NCBI GenBank assembly: GCA_030704615.1
Contig: CM060733.1
Location: 60,822,001 to 60,886,000, forward strand
Length of the DNA stretch: 64,000 nt
Source: Takakia lepidozioides
Taxonomy: Eukaryota > Plantae > Bryophyta
Direction of reading: 5' to 3'
Shown here piece by piece: positions 52,301 through 64,000 of this stretch. Every line of letters begins with the position of its first letter. Positions within the stretch are counted from its first letter, which is position 1. The position numbers and the translations under genes are program-made. The notes under the pieces are model-generated. The model did not search any database. It was given only the letters and a program-made list of their open reading frames with translations, and was not told where the DNA came from.

Positions 52301-53147
52301 TGCCAGTGGTCGCCGGTGAACAAAACTTTGATTGAAAGCGACAAAAGAAACTGATCTATCCAGGAATTTATAAGCATTCAAAACATTAAACAATCTCTTA
52401 ATGTGATACGATCAGAAGCTCTTGAATGGTCGCTGACACAAAATTCGGCTCAGGCATACGTACCCAACCAAATGCTACAGAAACGACAGCTTCATATTTC
52501 AATGGACAACACGAGGAGACCTGCAGACCTGACTTTTCCACATGAAAAGTTCAAGGTATTGCTAAAGAGAGAAGGAATAAATACAACCCAACAACGGAGC
52601 ACGCAATCTCAATAGGAGCTCAGGAGGAAGATACAAGTGAGACTCATAGGACCAGATTTACTAAAAAATCAATTAATAGTTCTCAACAAAAAAACTTTTG
52701 TCTGTGCAATCCATACCATGTAACCCCTCGAAAGCACCTTGTATGATGAAAACACAGATAATTGGCCCCCATAAACTTCTGACTTTCGAAACACAGGCTT
52801 GCAAACTATATTTGACGTGTAACCAAACTCCCACCTTGATTTCTGTTGGAAGCTGCGTATTTGATCATCTGGGAAGCGACTGCGTCACCATCAGCTCTCG
52901 ATTTCTCACTGTTGCTACCATTATAGCACCGAGACTGTATGTTCCACAATTTTCTAATGATCGGCCTTCCCTCCACCACTCCTCCATTCTCCACATCATG
53001 GGATATTTGCGACCGGCATTTTCTGAGATTATCAGAAGCCACAACCCACTGCGGGACCACAGAAGGAGACTTCATGAAAGGTGAACAATTTGAGAGCACC
53101 ATAAGAAGACATTTCTTTCCATTTCTGCTGAGGCCAGCTCCTGCCAT
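46329..53147 (-). CDS. SSR1: mitochondrial TPR-like protein, SSR1/At5g02130 homologue; approximate exons 53147-52835, 52062-51936, 51565-51492, 51130-51084, 50653-50503, 50186-50118, 49587-49391, 48888-48826, 48541-48440, 47818-47766, 47431-47389, 46622-46329
   Basis: VASQMIKYA, AVRVLEQG, VAALEALCGL, LSFAQCAH..LYKRAI, ALAGLGQL, AEAKLTEALTRAE, GDKHPRVG.VL, EGLYRRSLDLLKAPP, KWAEARW and VIDVRLGRV occur in the same order as in SSR1 (from memory). GT-AG boundaries. Confidence 0.82.
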
Positions 53148-53389
53148 GATTCCTATACCATGTGTAGTTTTCCCGAAATCTTGATCAGGTTACACAAATT
53201 TGCGTACAACCTTAGGGTTCTATGACGCTCGCTACATGACACTTCTCAAAGAGGTTACTTGAGACGTGTCACCGCATCCCAATTCACATTCTACTATTTC
53301 TATGCACTTTCAACCAATGAGGGAGATTTGGCATTAACGAGCTATTATTTTTGAGAAGGTTTGCTTTAGCCGGGGGGGTGGGGGGGTTT

Positions 53390-53690
53390 TTTTTCGATTG
53401 GCTCGGTGTGCATCTTCTTTGCTGCCCTTGCGGTGGCAAGGGCAATGCTGATCATGCAAGGCATGATTCCAAGTTCTATAAGAACACGCTTTCTCGTCCC
53501 TTCATCACCATTCCACTAGGTACCATGTCGAATCGACATTGTCGATATTGTCCTTACCAGGATGGTTTGCATCCATTCGGCTGCAATTGGTGCTGATCCT
53601 ACTTGGTTGGATCTACTTTCAGCCGTAGCATCGCAAGGAAAGGGACTCTCTAGGGACTCTCTTGAGCCACACCCCAACAAGAGACGAGAC
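53390..53690 (+). mobile_element. degenerate 3' fragment of an RLE-type non-LTR retroelement
   Basis: D.LG.HLLCC.CGG....HD zinc-knuckle-like segment followed by RIDI..DG...ADPT.LDL; frameshifted. Confidence 0.5.
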
Positions 53691-54289
53691 GCATGAGTCA
53701 TTCTGAAAGATTCTCCATACAAAACTAGCTAGTGTGATGCACCCACAAGTACATTTCCAGTACGGCACCGGATGAAGACACTCTACATTCAAGGAGTTGC
53801 CTTCTTCTTCCACTTAACTGTCCATTCCCAATCATTATAGCTGCGAACGACAATGGGTCCGAACTTTCCAAAGCCACACTATAACAAGAAACAAGATGTT
53901 TGGCTCATTCTGTAGATTCTTCATACAAAACTGGCTGCTTAGGAGAGCTTTCGGCTTGTTTGAGATTGGCGGCTCACGTAGTTGTTGGAAAATTGGGAAT
54001 CCAGCAATCGGCACCTGCTTCCCGGGACATAGGAGTATCACCAATCATTGCATGAAACTATGCACAATTGTTTCATACGTGCTCCCAAATCTGGTCTCAA
54101 ACTGTAGATTAGTGATTTCCTTCCACTATCCAGAGTCTGAAAAACAATCCCCCTTCACTCATTACCTGCTCCTGTCAAGTGCAATTATGGGCTGACTACC
54201 CACCCATGCTGGGTAGACCCCAATACCATTTCTTGTGGATATGCCACAGGAAATACCGTCAACAGTACATTATAATCAATCTTCTCAGA

Positions 54290-55087
54290 AATGGTGGATG
54301 AACCGAGTAGCTACACAGATCAATGAATGAAGCAAGACACTCACACCTTTCCAGAAAAAACATTATTTCACCAGTAATCCCAGAAGAACAAACCCACCTT
54401 CAAAGTGGTGAAAGCGGTTAGCGTTCCGTACAACAATTGCTCGGCCCACAATCGTCGAGATCAGTCACCACACACCTGAAGATTCTTGATGATAGGGAGA
54501 GGCGTCCTAGGAGTGATCAGCCCAAAATCAATGGCCAGTTCTCACTGTGGTTGCAAAGAGAACCTAGATCCTTTCTAACCTTCATCATTTTTCTCACCTT
54601 TGCACTGTCATCCCACCTGCCAGCTGTGGCATGGATGTTAAATAGCAACACATAACTCGCGGCATCCTGTTCCTCCCACTTCAGAATAGATGTTGCTGCA
54701 CGTTCAGCCATCTCCACATTGCCATGGATTCTGCAGGCACAAGCAAGGCCATCCACACCACACCATCTGGTTTGATCGGCATTTTATTAATGAGGTCCTC
54801 TGCCTCATCCAGTCGCCCAGCACGTCCAAGAAGGTCCGCCATGCAGCCATAGTGCTTCACTGTAAGAGTGACACCATAATCTTGACTCAGGAAATCAAAG
54901 GAACGTCTTCCTTCATCCAGTAGGCCACTATGGGCATGCAGAGAGAACACATATAAAGGCGATACTGTCCAGCTTCAAGCCTTCCATTTGCACTCCTTCA
55001 AAATAGTTGCAGGGCCTCCCTATAACAACCATGCTTAGCATATCCTGCGATCATCGCACTCCATGACAGCACATTTCGTTCAGCCAG
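54290..55087 (-). pseudogene. tandem duplicate of the 3' end (P2-L2-S2-E1-E2, partial DYW and 3' UTR) of a DYW-PPR gene
   Basis: Colinear with ~55110-56125. The PG box and first half of the DYW domain are deleted, with further small deletions. Ends ..DYW* at 54368, followed by the same 3' UTR. Confidence 0.92.
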
Positions 55088-55187
55088 GGTCATGGTCAAA
55101 ATTATCAGGAAACGGTGGATGAGTTGAGTAGCTACACAGATCAATGAATGAAGCAAGACGCTTGCACCTTTCCAGAAAAACATCTTT

Positions 55188-58100
55188 TCACCAGTAATCC
55201 CCACAAGAACAAACCCCTTCTTCAAAATGGTGAAAGCGGTTAGTGTCCCGTACAACAATTGCCCGGCCAACAATTTTTGAGATGAACTTGGTGGAGGTGT
55301 GGCAGTCACCACACACCCGAAGATTCTTGATGAGCCGGAGAGGCGTCCTAGGGGCCGTGCTGATCAACCCAAAACCAATGGCCAGCTTCTCACTGTGGTG
55401 GCAAAGAGAAAATTCCTTTTGCTCCTCCTCCACATCATGCAATACAAAGCGCGTGTCAGGCACATACCCTGCCTCCTTCATCTGCCCAGACACTCTTTTG
55501 AGCTCAGCATGGATTTCCATAATTTTGGGATGCAATTTGTCATCTACAACAAAAGTGTGCACCCTGTTGCCAACCTCAATGCAGCAGCGACCTGGCTCCT
55601 TTCTAACCCCTCTGACCTTCATCATTTTTCTCACCTTTGCACTGTCGTCCCACCTGCCAGCTGTGGCATAGATGTTTGATAGCAACACATAAGTCGCGGC
55701 ATCCTGTTCATCCCACTTGAGAATAGATGTTGCTGCACGTTCAGCCATCTCCACATTGCCATGCATTCTGCAGGCACCAAGTAAGGCCATCCACACCCCA
55801 CCATCTGGTTTGACTGGCATTTTATTAATGAGATCCTTTGCCTCATCCAATCGCCCTGCACGTCCAAGAAGGTCCACCATGCAGCCAAAGTGCTTTACTG
55901 TCGGAATGACACCATGATCTCGACTCAGGGAATCAAAGTAGCGTTTTCCTTCATCCAGTAGGCCAATGTGGCTGCATGCAGAGAGAACACATATAAAGGT
56001 GATACTGTTTGGCTTCAAGCCTTCCATTTGCATTCCTTCAAATAGTTGCAGGGCCTCCCTATGACAACCATGCTGGGCATATCCTGCAATCATCCCATTC
56101 CAGGACACCACATCTCGTTCAGCCATGTTGTCGAACACTCCCTTTGCATTTTCAATGCTCCCACATTTGGCATACATGTCCACCAGGGCAGTGTTCAGAA
56201 TGACATCTGGTACAATTCCAGCTTTGACGATGTCGCCATGGACCTCCTTGGCCTTCTCCAGCGCTGCCAGGCTCGCACAAGCATTGCAAACGCAAACATA
56301 CGTGATGTGATTAGGCTTCACCCCTTCCTGCACCATTTGCTCATAGGTCTCCAAAGCCTCCATCCCGCGACCCTGCTGTGCATATCCTGCCATCATCACA
56401 TTCCACGACCCCAAATCTCGTTCAGCCATACTGTTGAACACTCCCTTTGCATCTTCAATGCTCCCACATTTGGCATACATGTCCACCAGGGTATTGTTCA
56501 GAATGACATCTGATACAATTCCAGCTTTGACGATGTCACCATGGACCTCTTTGCCCTTTTCCAGGGCTTCCAGGCTCGCACACGCATTGCAAACACAAAC
56601 AAACGTGATGTGGTTGGGCTTCACCCCTTCCCGCATCATTTGCTCATAGGTCTCCAAAGCCTCCATCCCGCACCCCTGCTGTGCGTATCCTGCAATCATC
56701 GCGTTCCACGACACCACATCTCGTTCAGCCATATTGTCGAACACTCCCTTTGCATCCTCGATGCCCCCACATTTGGCATACATGTCCACCAGGGCAGTGT
56801 TCAGAATGACATCTGGTACAATCCCAGCTTTGACGATGTCACCATGGACCTCTTTGCCCTTTCCCAGGGCTGCCAGGCTCGCACACGCATTGCAAATGCA
56901 AACAAATGTGATGAGGTTGGGCTTCACCCCTTCCCGCGTCATTTGCTCATAGGTCTTCAAAGCCTCCATACCGCACCCCTGCTGCGCATATCCTGCAATC
57001 ATCGCGTTCCATGACACCACATTTCGTTGAGCCATATTGTCAAAGACTCCCTTTGCAACTTCAATGCTCCCACATTTGGCATACATGTCTACCAAAGCAG
57101 TGTTCAGAACGACATCTGGTACAATTCCAGCTTTGACGATGTCGACATGGACCTCTTTGACCTTTTCCAGGGTTTCCAGGCTTGCACATGCATTGCAAAC
57201 ACAAGCAAATGTGATGTGGTCGGGCTTCACCCCTTCCCGCATCATTTGCTCATAGGTCTCCAAAGCTTCCATCCCGCGTCCCTGCTGTGCATGTCCTGCG
57301 ATCATCGCGTTCCATGACACGACATCTCGTTCAGCCATATTGTTGAACACTCCCTTTGCATCCTCGATGCACCCACATTTGGCATACATGTCCACGAGGG
57401 TATTGTTTAGAATAACATCTGGTACAATTCCAGCTTTGACAATGTCACCATGGACCTCTTTGCCCTTTTCCAGGGCTGCCAGGCTCGCACATGCATTGCA
57501 GACACAAACAAACGTGATGTGGTCGGGCTTCACCCCTTCCCGTAGCATTTGTTCATAGGTCTCCAAAGCCTCCATCCCGTGCCCCTGCTGTGCATATCCT
57601 GCAATCATGGCGCTCCACGATACCACATTTCGTTTAGTCATGTTGTCAAACACTCCCTTTGCATCTTCAATGCTCCCACATTTGGCATACATGTCCACCA
57701 GGGCAGTGTTCAGAACGACATCTGGTGCAATTCCAGCTATGACGATGTCACCATGGACCTCTCTGCCCCTTTCCAGGGCTTCCAGGCTCGCACAGGCATT
57801 GCAAACGCAAACAAATGTGATGTGGTTGGGCTTCACTCCTTCCCGCATCATTTGCTCATAGGTCTCCACAGCCTCCATCTTGTGCCCCTGCTGTGTATAT
57901 CCTCCGATCATCGTGTTCCACGACACAATATCTCGTTCAGCCATATTGTTGAACACTCCCTTTGCATCCTCGATGCTGCCGCATTTGGCATACATGTCCA
58001 TAAGCGTATTGTCCAGAATGACATCTGGTACAATTCCAGCTTTGATGATGTCGCTATGGACCTCTTTGCCCTTTTCCAGGGCTCCCAGGCTCGCACATGC

Positions 58101-60461
58101 ATTGCAGACACAAACAAACGTGATGTGGTCGGGCTTCACCCCTTCCCGTATCATTTGTTCATAGGTCTCCAAAGCCTCTATCCCGTACCCCTGCTGTGCA
58201 TATCCCGTGATCATCGCGTTCCACGACACCACATTTCGCTTGCCCATATTGTCAAACACAGCCTTTGCATCTTCAATGCTCCGACATTTGGCATACATGT
58301 CCACCAAGGCAGTGTTCAGAATGACATCTGGTACAATTCCAGCTTTGACAATGTCACCATGGACCTCTTTGCCCTTTTCCAGAGCTGCCAGGCTTGCACA
58401 TGCATTGCAAATGCAAACAAATGTGATGTGGTCGGGCTTCACCCCTACCCGCATCATTTGCTCATATGTCTCCAGAGCTTTTCTACCACACCCATGTTTG
58501 GTAAATCCTGCCATCATTATATTCCACGTGATCAAACATCGTTGAGGCATTCTGTTGAACACTTGGTGGGCATCCATGATGCTCCCACACTTAACATACA
58601 TGTTGACAAGGGTGTTGTGTAGAAACACGTTTGGCTTGAATCCACTTTGGATAATGTGAGTGTGCACCTGCTTTCCAACTTCCAGGGCTTTCATCTTGAT
58701 GCACGTATGCAAGAGACAGACATAAGTATCTGAATCGGCTGAAATGCCTCCTTGGTTTAAAATCTGTAGAGCCTCTTTCAGTCGCCCTGTCTCACATAGC
58801 ATCCTCACATGCCCAGAAGTGCCAGAAGAGGCATTGTGGACTCGCTCTTTTGGTCCTCTTTTGGAAGATGCGGTCATAGTTGAGGTGTCTGATTTTATAA
58901 AGTCTGCCGCTGCTGCTGCTGCTTCCAGTTGACCATCTACCCATGCAGGTTTCTTGTAGCTATCAATCCACAGGGAATTATAGGTCATCTTGTGCTTGAA
59001 ATCTGGCCTTCTTGGATGAATCTGGACCCACACTCTCTCCCTGCTCCTTCAGCTATCCCTGCCTCTGCACAAATCAGATCCTTGCCTTGCTGCTAGCAGC
59101 TGACAATGACAGCCTAGATTTGTTCTAGCAAACACCCTAACAAACTTTGCATTGCATCTTATTGTCTGCTTCTGTGTGTAATCTAACAGGCATTCACCTT
59201 TATGCCTCGATTGTCCCACCATCGACTGAGGTCGGAAAAATATTCATTCCAAAGCTTTTCCACATCTCTGTCATCTGTTTTTGGATACTTTCCTGTTGCC
59301 ACATTGGCAGTAACATGTCAAAATCATTCCAAACCACCATAGATCCACCCAATGAGCTAATTGCAGAATTCAACATGAAAAATTAGGGCCTGCTCTGATA
59401 AGTGGGCAAAACCGGCTGAAATATGTTGAAGAATGTACCCTCATAAGCAGTGCTTGATCTTATCAGTTGTGCTGCCACCGCTGCTGCGTCCTGCTGACCA
59501 TCTACCTGTACAGGTTTCTTGTAGCTATCGATCCACAGGAAATCATAGGTAATCTTGTGCTTGAAACCTGACCCTCTTGGATGAATCTGGACCCACACTC
59601 TATCCCTGCTCCTTCAGCTATCCCTGCCTGTGCATCAGTATGATCCTCGCCTTTCTGCTAGCAGCTGACAATGACAGCATATGTTTGTTCTACCAAACAC
59701 CACACAATAGTTCCGATGCTGAATTACTCCCAAGACTTTAAAACTGTGGTGGGGAGAGACAGGATGACAATTTCCAACAAGCATTGCATCTTGTTGTCTG
59801 TTTGTCTCTGTAATATAACAGGCATTCACCTTTTTGCCTCGCTTGTCCCACCATTGACTGGGGCCGGAAAAACATTCATTCCAAAGCTTCTCCTCGTCCC
59901 TGTTATCTTTTTTTGGATACTTTCCTGCTGCCACATTGGCAGTAACATGTGAAAATCACTCCAAACCACCATAGATCCACCCAACGAGCTTGCTTGCAGA
60001 ATTCAACATGCAAACTTAGGGACAACCCTGATAAGAGGGCAAAACAGGCTGAAATGTGTTGAAGAAGGAGATGCCTCACCACATTGTCCTTGACCTTGTG
60101 TCATGAAAGCAGCTAGCTTTTCTTTCACCCATGGAGGATTCAACCGACCATCGACCCAAAAGGACCTCTTGTGTGTGCTGCTTGTGTCTGTAGTGAGGCG
60201 ATCTCGGATTGGTCTGTGAGGAGAACCACCAGGGTGCAGCTGAGCAGCCATAGATTTAAACTCGGTCTCCTAAAACCAAGCTGACCAAGTACTCGTAAAC
60301 ACCAGGAAAAAATACCAAATCACGATACTCACAGGAAGAGCCCACATTTGCAGGATGGACAAACTTCTTCACATCGTACATTAAGAAAGCCACACCTTGT
60401 GATGGCGGGTGTCCCACCATTCTGAAGGATCTTTAAAAAACTCATCCCAACTCTGCTCCAT
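55188..60461 (-). CDS. PLS-E1-E2-DYW PPR RNA-editing factor with three N-terminal OSB-type PDF motifs; proposed exons 60461-60396, 60239-60080, 59924-59830, 59586-59439, 59292-59198, 59021-55188 (1465 aa)
   Basis: The last exon is an open 1277-codon frame: L-S, 8x(P1-L1-S1), P2-L2-S2, E1, E2, PG box, HSEKLA, CGDCH, terminal DYW. Upstream exons have GT-AG ends in compatible phases (0,1,0,1,0). The start codon and exon-2 acceptor are uncertain. Confidence 0.88.
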
Positions 60462-62076
60462 ACTCCACGGTAGGGTCTCCGCAATCCAGAAACCTTCCTT
60501 CTGCACTCTTTCTTCCTCTCACTTCTCTCTCTCCATCAAGCTCCGACCCTCCACTCTCTCTTTCTCTCTCTCTCTCCCTCTTTTTGCCCTCCGCATCAAC
60601 GATCCTAGCCTTTAACGACATCAAAACCTGCAACATGTTTCTCACAAGGTTCATATTTTCTCGTTTCCTTTTCTTTCTCTGCTCTTTCACGTTTCAAACA
60701 AGGTGGAGTGCAATCCGAACTCTTTATTATCCACACTTTGATACGTTGACTATGTTGATGTGCTTGCTGCGTATGGTACTAGCTCCTTGAAGCTCAGTGG
60801 ACTTAGGAGCCGATCATACTAGGGTACTTCGTCGTTTGTAACCTCAATTTGAGAGCGAGGATGTGCACCTCTCGGGCTGCCCACCTTCTGCAACTTCTAG
60901 AAATTAGGCTTCGATCTGCTTGATGTAACACACTTCTTGAAGTTCCTAATGTCTAGTGAGTTGAGAGCGATGGAGTCTGTTACTGCCATAGTCCAAGATT
61001 ATTGAGTGTAGTTAGCCAAATGATATTAGTTCATCGTATATGTTGCCAAGGTGTATGTTAATCGGACCTGAGGTTTAGGGTTTAGAGTATGGGAGTGAGT
61101 GCCGAAGAGCATGGAAACGATCGAACCTTCTGTTCTTTCAGATGGACTCTATCATGGATGATTCGGAAGGTGAGACCAGAAGCCTGGAGTGTGGCAGAGG
61201 AGAGGAGGTTGCTTCTTGTTTGCTTTTCTTTACCCTGCAATTGCTTCTTCTCGTCAGGATCTGCGCTGATTTCAATTTTAAGCTCGACCTTGACTGCGGG
61301 AGTAGAAGAAGCAACTGCGGGATAAAAAAAGGAAACTGAAGAATTTGTCGCAGAGTTACCTTTAACGATTCTTGAAAATTTTTGTCTGAGTTTTTTCTCC
61401 CAACGCCTAGGGGTCACAGCTTAATGAATTCCTCAATTTTGTTGGGTTCTTCATTTCGCTTCATTCAGGTTGCAGAGAAGTCGGTAGTGTCTAACTAGCA
61501 GACGCAGCTGAAGAAGCGAAATGATAATCGACTAGCGGTAGTTACGCTCTAGCTTCTTTCTCACTCTAACCGAAATTATGATGGTCCAGCTGTTCATCTT
61601 GATGATGTTCCTTCTCCATATCTGCTTCAGCTTCCTCCACCATGTTCTGACTTCTTGTATAAACCATATTTATGACAGGGATGTCCTCATCATCGTTACT
61701 GTGGTGGCTCTGCCTTGAGCCCCCGGAAGTCATGGTCTCTTATTGGGTAATGTAGTCCCTTTCCTTGGTTCTGCATGCATTTTGGTTGTGCCTTCAAAGT
61801 AGGAATTATGGTCATGAAGTGTTCCCTTAATTTCGTCACACCCTGTCTGAATCAGATTTACTCCTGGTTAAGCTCAAACCGAACCTGTTCTTGTTTTTTT
61901 CGTTGCTCTTTCACTTGAGTCTTCCTTTTTCCAACTCCTGAGTTCTGCTAGAGGTTCCCATCTCCTCTGCTTCCATGTGGCTCCCCTTGCTGCCTGCCTT
62001 GCTCCTTGTCCCTTCCTCGTTTTCGCCACTTTGAAGCCGTTGTTTGTTCTTGTGGGGATTACTGTTGAAACAGACG

Positions 62077-64000
62077 CGAAAGAACTGGCATCCCATATGA
62101 CAATTGCTTGCGCGACAATCTTTGAGATGAACTTGGTGGTGGTGTGGCAGTCCACACCCTTAGCTTCTTGATAATGTGGATAGATGTTCCAGGGGGAGGG
62201 CTGACGAGTCCAAACATAAGGGCGAGTTTCTCACTGTTGTAGCTGCAGAGAAAACTCCTTTTGCTCCTCCAACATCATAGAAGCGGGCGTCAGGCATGTA
62301 CCTGACCTCGTTAGTCCACTCAAAAGATATCTTCAGCTCAGCATGAATTTCTTCAATTTGTGGATGTCATCTCCCATGGCGAACATATGCATGCACCTGC
62401 TTGTCCACCTCAATGTAGCTGCGCTCGTGCTCCTTTCTGACACCTCTGTTCACAATGAATTTTCTCACCTTTGCTTTATCATCCCATCTTCCAGCCGCAG
62501 CATATATGTCCGACAGTAGCACAAGCGTTGTCTGGATCCAACTTGAGAAGGCATTTTGCCGCACGTTCTGCTACGTCCACATTGCCATGAACTCTGCATG
62601 CAGCAAGCAAGGCCCCCCATATCCCAACATCTGGTTGAATTGACATTTTGTTGATGAAGTCCTCTGCCTCCTCCAATTGCCCTACATGGCCAAACAGGTC
62701 CACCATGCAGCCAAAATGTTCCACCGTAGGAGTCAGGCCATGATCTCGACTCATAATATCAAAGTAGTGACGGCCTTCATCAAGGAGGCCCACACGGCTA
62801 CATGCAGAGAGTAGACATATAAACGTTACAGCATTTGGCTTCAAGCCTTCTTGATGCAGTTGTTCAAATAGTTCCAGGGCTTCCTTACCACACCCGTGTT
62901 GGGCATATCCTGCTATCATTGCATTCCATGAAACCACATTTCGCTTAGACATATTGTCAAACGCTTTGCGGGCATCGCAGACACTTCCACATTTCGCATA
63001 CATGTCAACAAGGGTGTTCCCCAACATGACATCTGGAACAACTCCACTTTTGCTGATATCAGCATGGATCAGTTTGCCCATTTCCAAGGCCGCCAGGCTG
63101 GCACATGCATTGAGAACGCAAATGAATGTGACCTTGTTGGGTGTCACGCCTTCCCGGATCATTTGCTCATAGTTCTCAAACACCTTCGCAGAATACCCAT
63201 GTTGGGTGTACCCTGTGATCAGAGTGTTCCATGAGACCACATTTTGTTGAGCCATATTGTCAAATACTTGACGTGCATCCTTCATGCTCCCGCATTTGGC
63301 ATACATGTTAACAAGTGTGTTTTCCAATTTAATATATGACACAGTCCCAGCTTTGATGATGTCGGCATGGACCTCCTTGCCTTTTTGAAGAGCTCCTAGG
63401 CTGGAGCATGCATCCAGAACACAAAGGAATGTGATACTGTCAGGTGTCACGCCTGCCCATATCATTTGCTCATAGATCTGCAAAGCCTCCCTACCACACC
63501 GATTCTGAGCATATCCTGCAATCATGGCACTCCATGAGACCACACTTCGTTGGACCATATTGTCAAACACTTGCCGTGCATCCTTTAAGCTCCCGCATTT
63601 AGCATACATATTAAGAAGGGTATTCTCCAAATTAACATACGATGAAACTCCAGCTTTGATAATGTCAGCATGGACCTGTTTGCCCTTTTCAAGAGCTCCT
63701 AGGCTGGCACATGCATTTAGAATGCAAATGAATGTAATCCTGTCAGGGGTCACCCCTTCCCCTTGCATTTGCTCATATATCTTGAAAGCCTCCCTATCAC
63801 ACCCGTGCTTGGCATATCCTGCTATCATTATATTCCAGGTGAAGAGAACTCGTTCAGGCATTCTGTCGAAAACTTTGCGTGCCTCCAAAACACACCCGCA
63901 CTTGGCATACATGTTGACAAGGGTGTTGAGAAGAAAGATGTTTGGCTTGAATCCAGTGTGGATAATATGGGCATGCACCTGCTTTCCTTCTGCTAGACCT
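62077..64000 (-). pseudogene. second PLS-E-DYW PPR gene, frameshifted at the E1/E2 boundary, DYW degenerate and truncated; 5' end outside the window
   Basis: Open PLS array 63978-62520, then a frameshift to VLLSDIYAAAGRWDD. HERSYIE replaces the PG box. Further shifts follow, and homology ends after DCHTTTKFISKIVAQAIVIWDASSF. Confidence 0.9.

Noticed and set aside
55243-58932. Many plus-strand ORFs with repeated sequence
   Set aside because: Antisense shadows of the PPR repeat array.
60553-60580. GA microsatellite as a phase switch joining the upstream leader to the PDF frame
   Set aside because: The PDF frame has a TGA between the microsatellite and motif 1, so slippage there would not restore an ORF.
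60700-62075. Sequence replacing the end of the upstream DYW pseudogene, possibly a LINE remnant
   Set aside because: No diagnostic motif recognised.

Overview
Nuclear DNA of a plant with intron-containing genes. The PLS-DYW PPR expansion, the retained STR gene and the transposon families suggest a non-seed land plant (inference). Intact-looking host genes are an ABCG half-transporter of the STR (stunted arbuscule) type (22449-26643, +), a two-exon DUF538 gene (33315-34466, -), an SSR1-like mitochondrial TPR gene (46329-53147, -) and a large PLS-E1-E2-DYW RNA-editing factor (55188-60461, -). Main finding: five small upstream exons of this DYW gene splice in frame (one acceptor is ambiguous) and add three tandem OSB-type 'PDF' motifs, the ssDNA-binding module of plant organellar SSB-like OSB proteins, in front of the PPR array and deaminase. 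A decayed second copy of the PDF cassette array with at least four units lies at 5769-8190. The window also has a second PPR pseudogene, a duplicated DYW tail and at least five PPR fragments, two of them inside a Mutator element. The rest is nested mobile DNA: a Ty3/gypsy element, a chromovirus 3' end, a copia remnant, a short-TIR MULE with a GCM-like zinc domain and GCM-site-like subterminal repeats, a long-TIR MULE with a 9-bp TSD inside a pogo-like element, and a TTAA-flanked piggyBac-like MITE. All family assignments come from motif recognition by eye; no searches were run.
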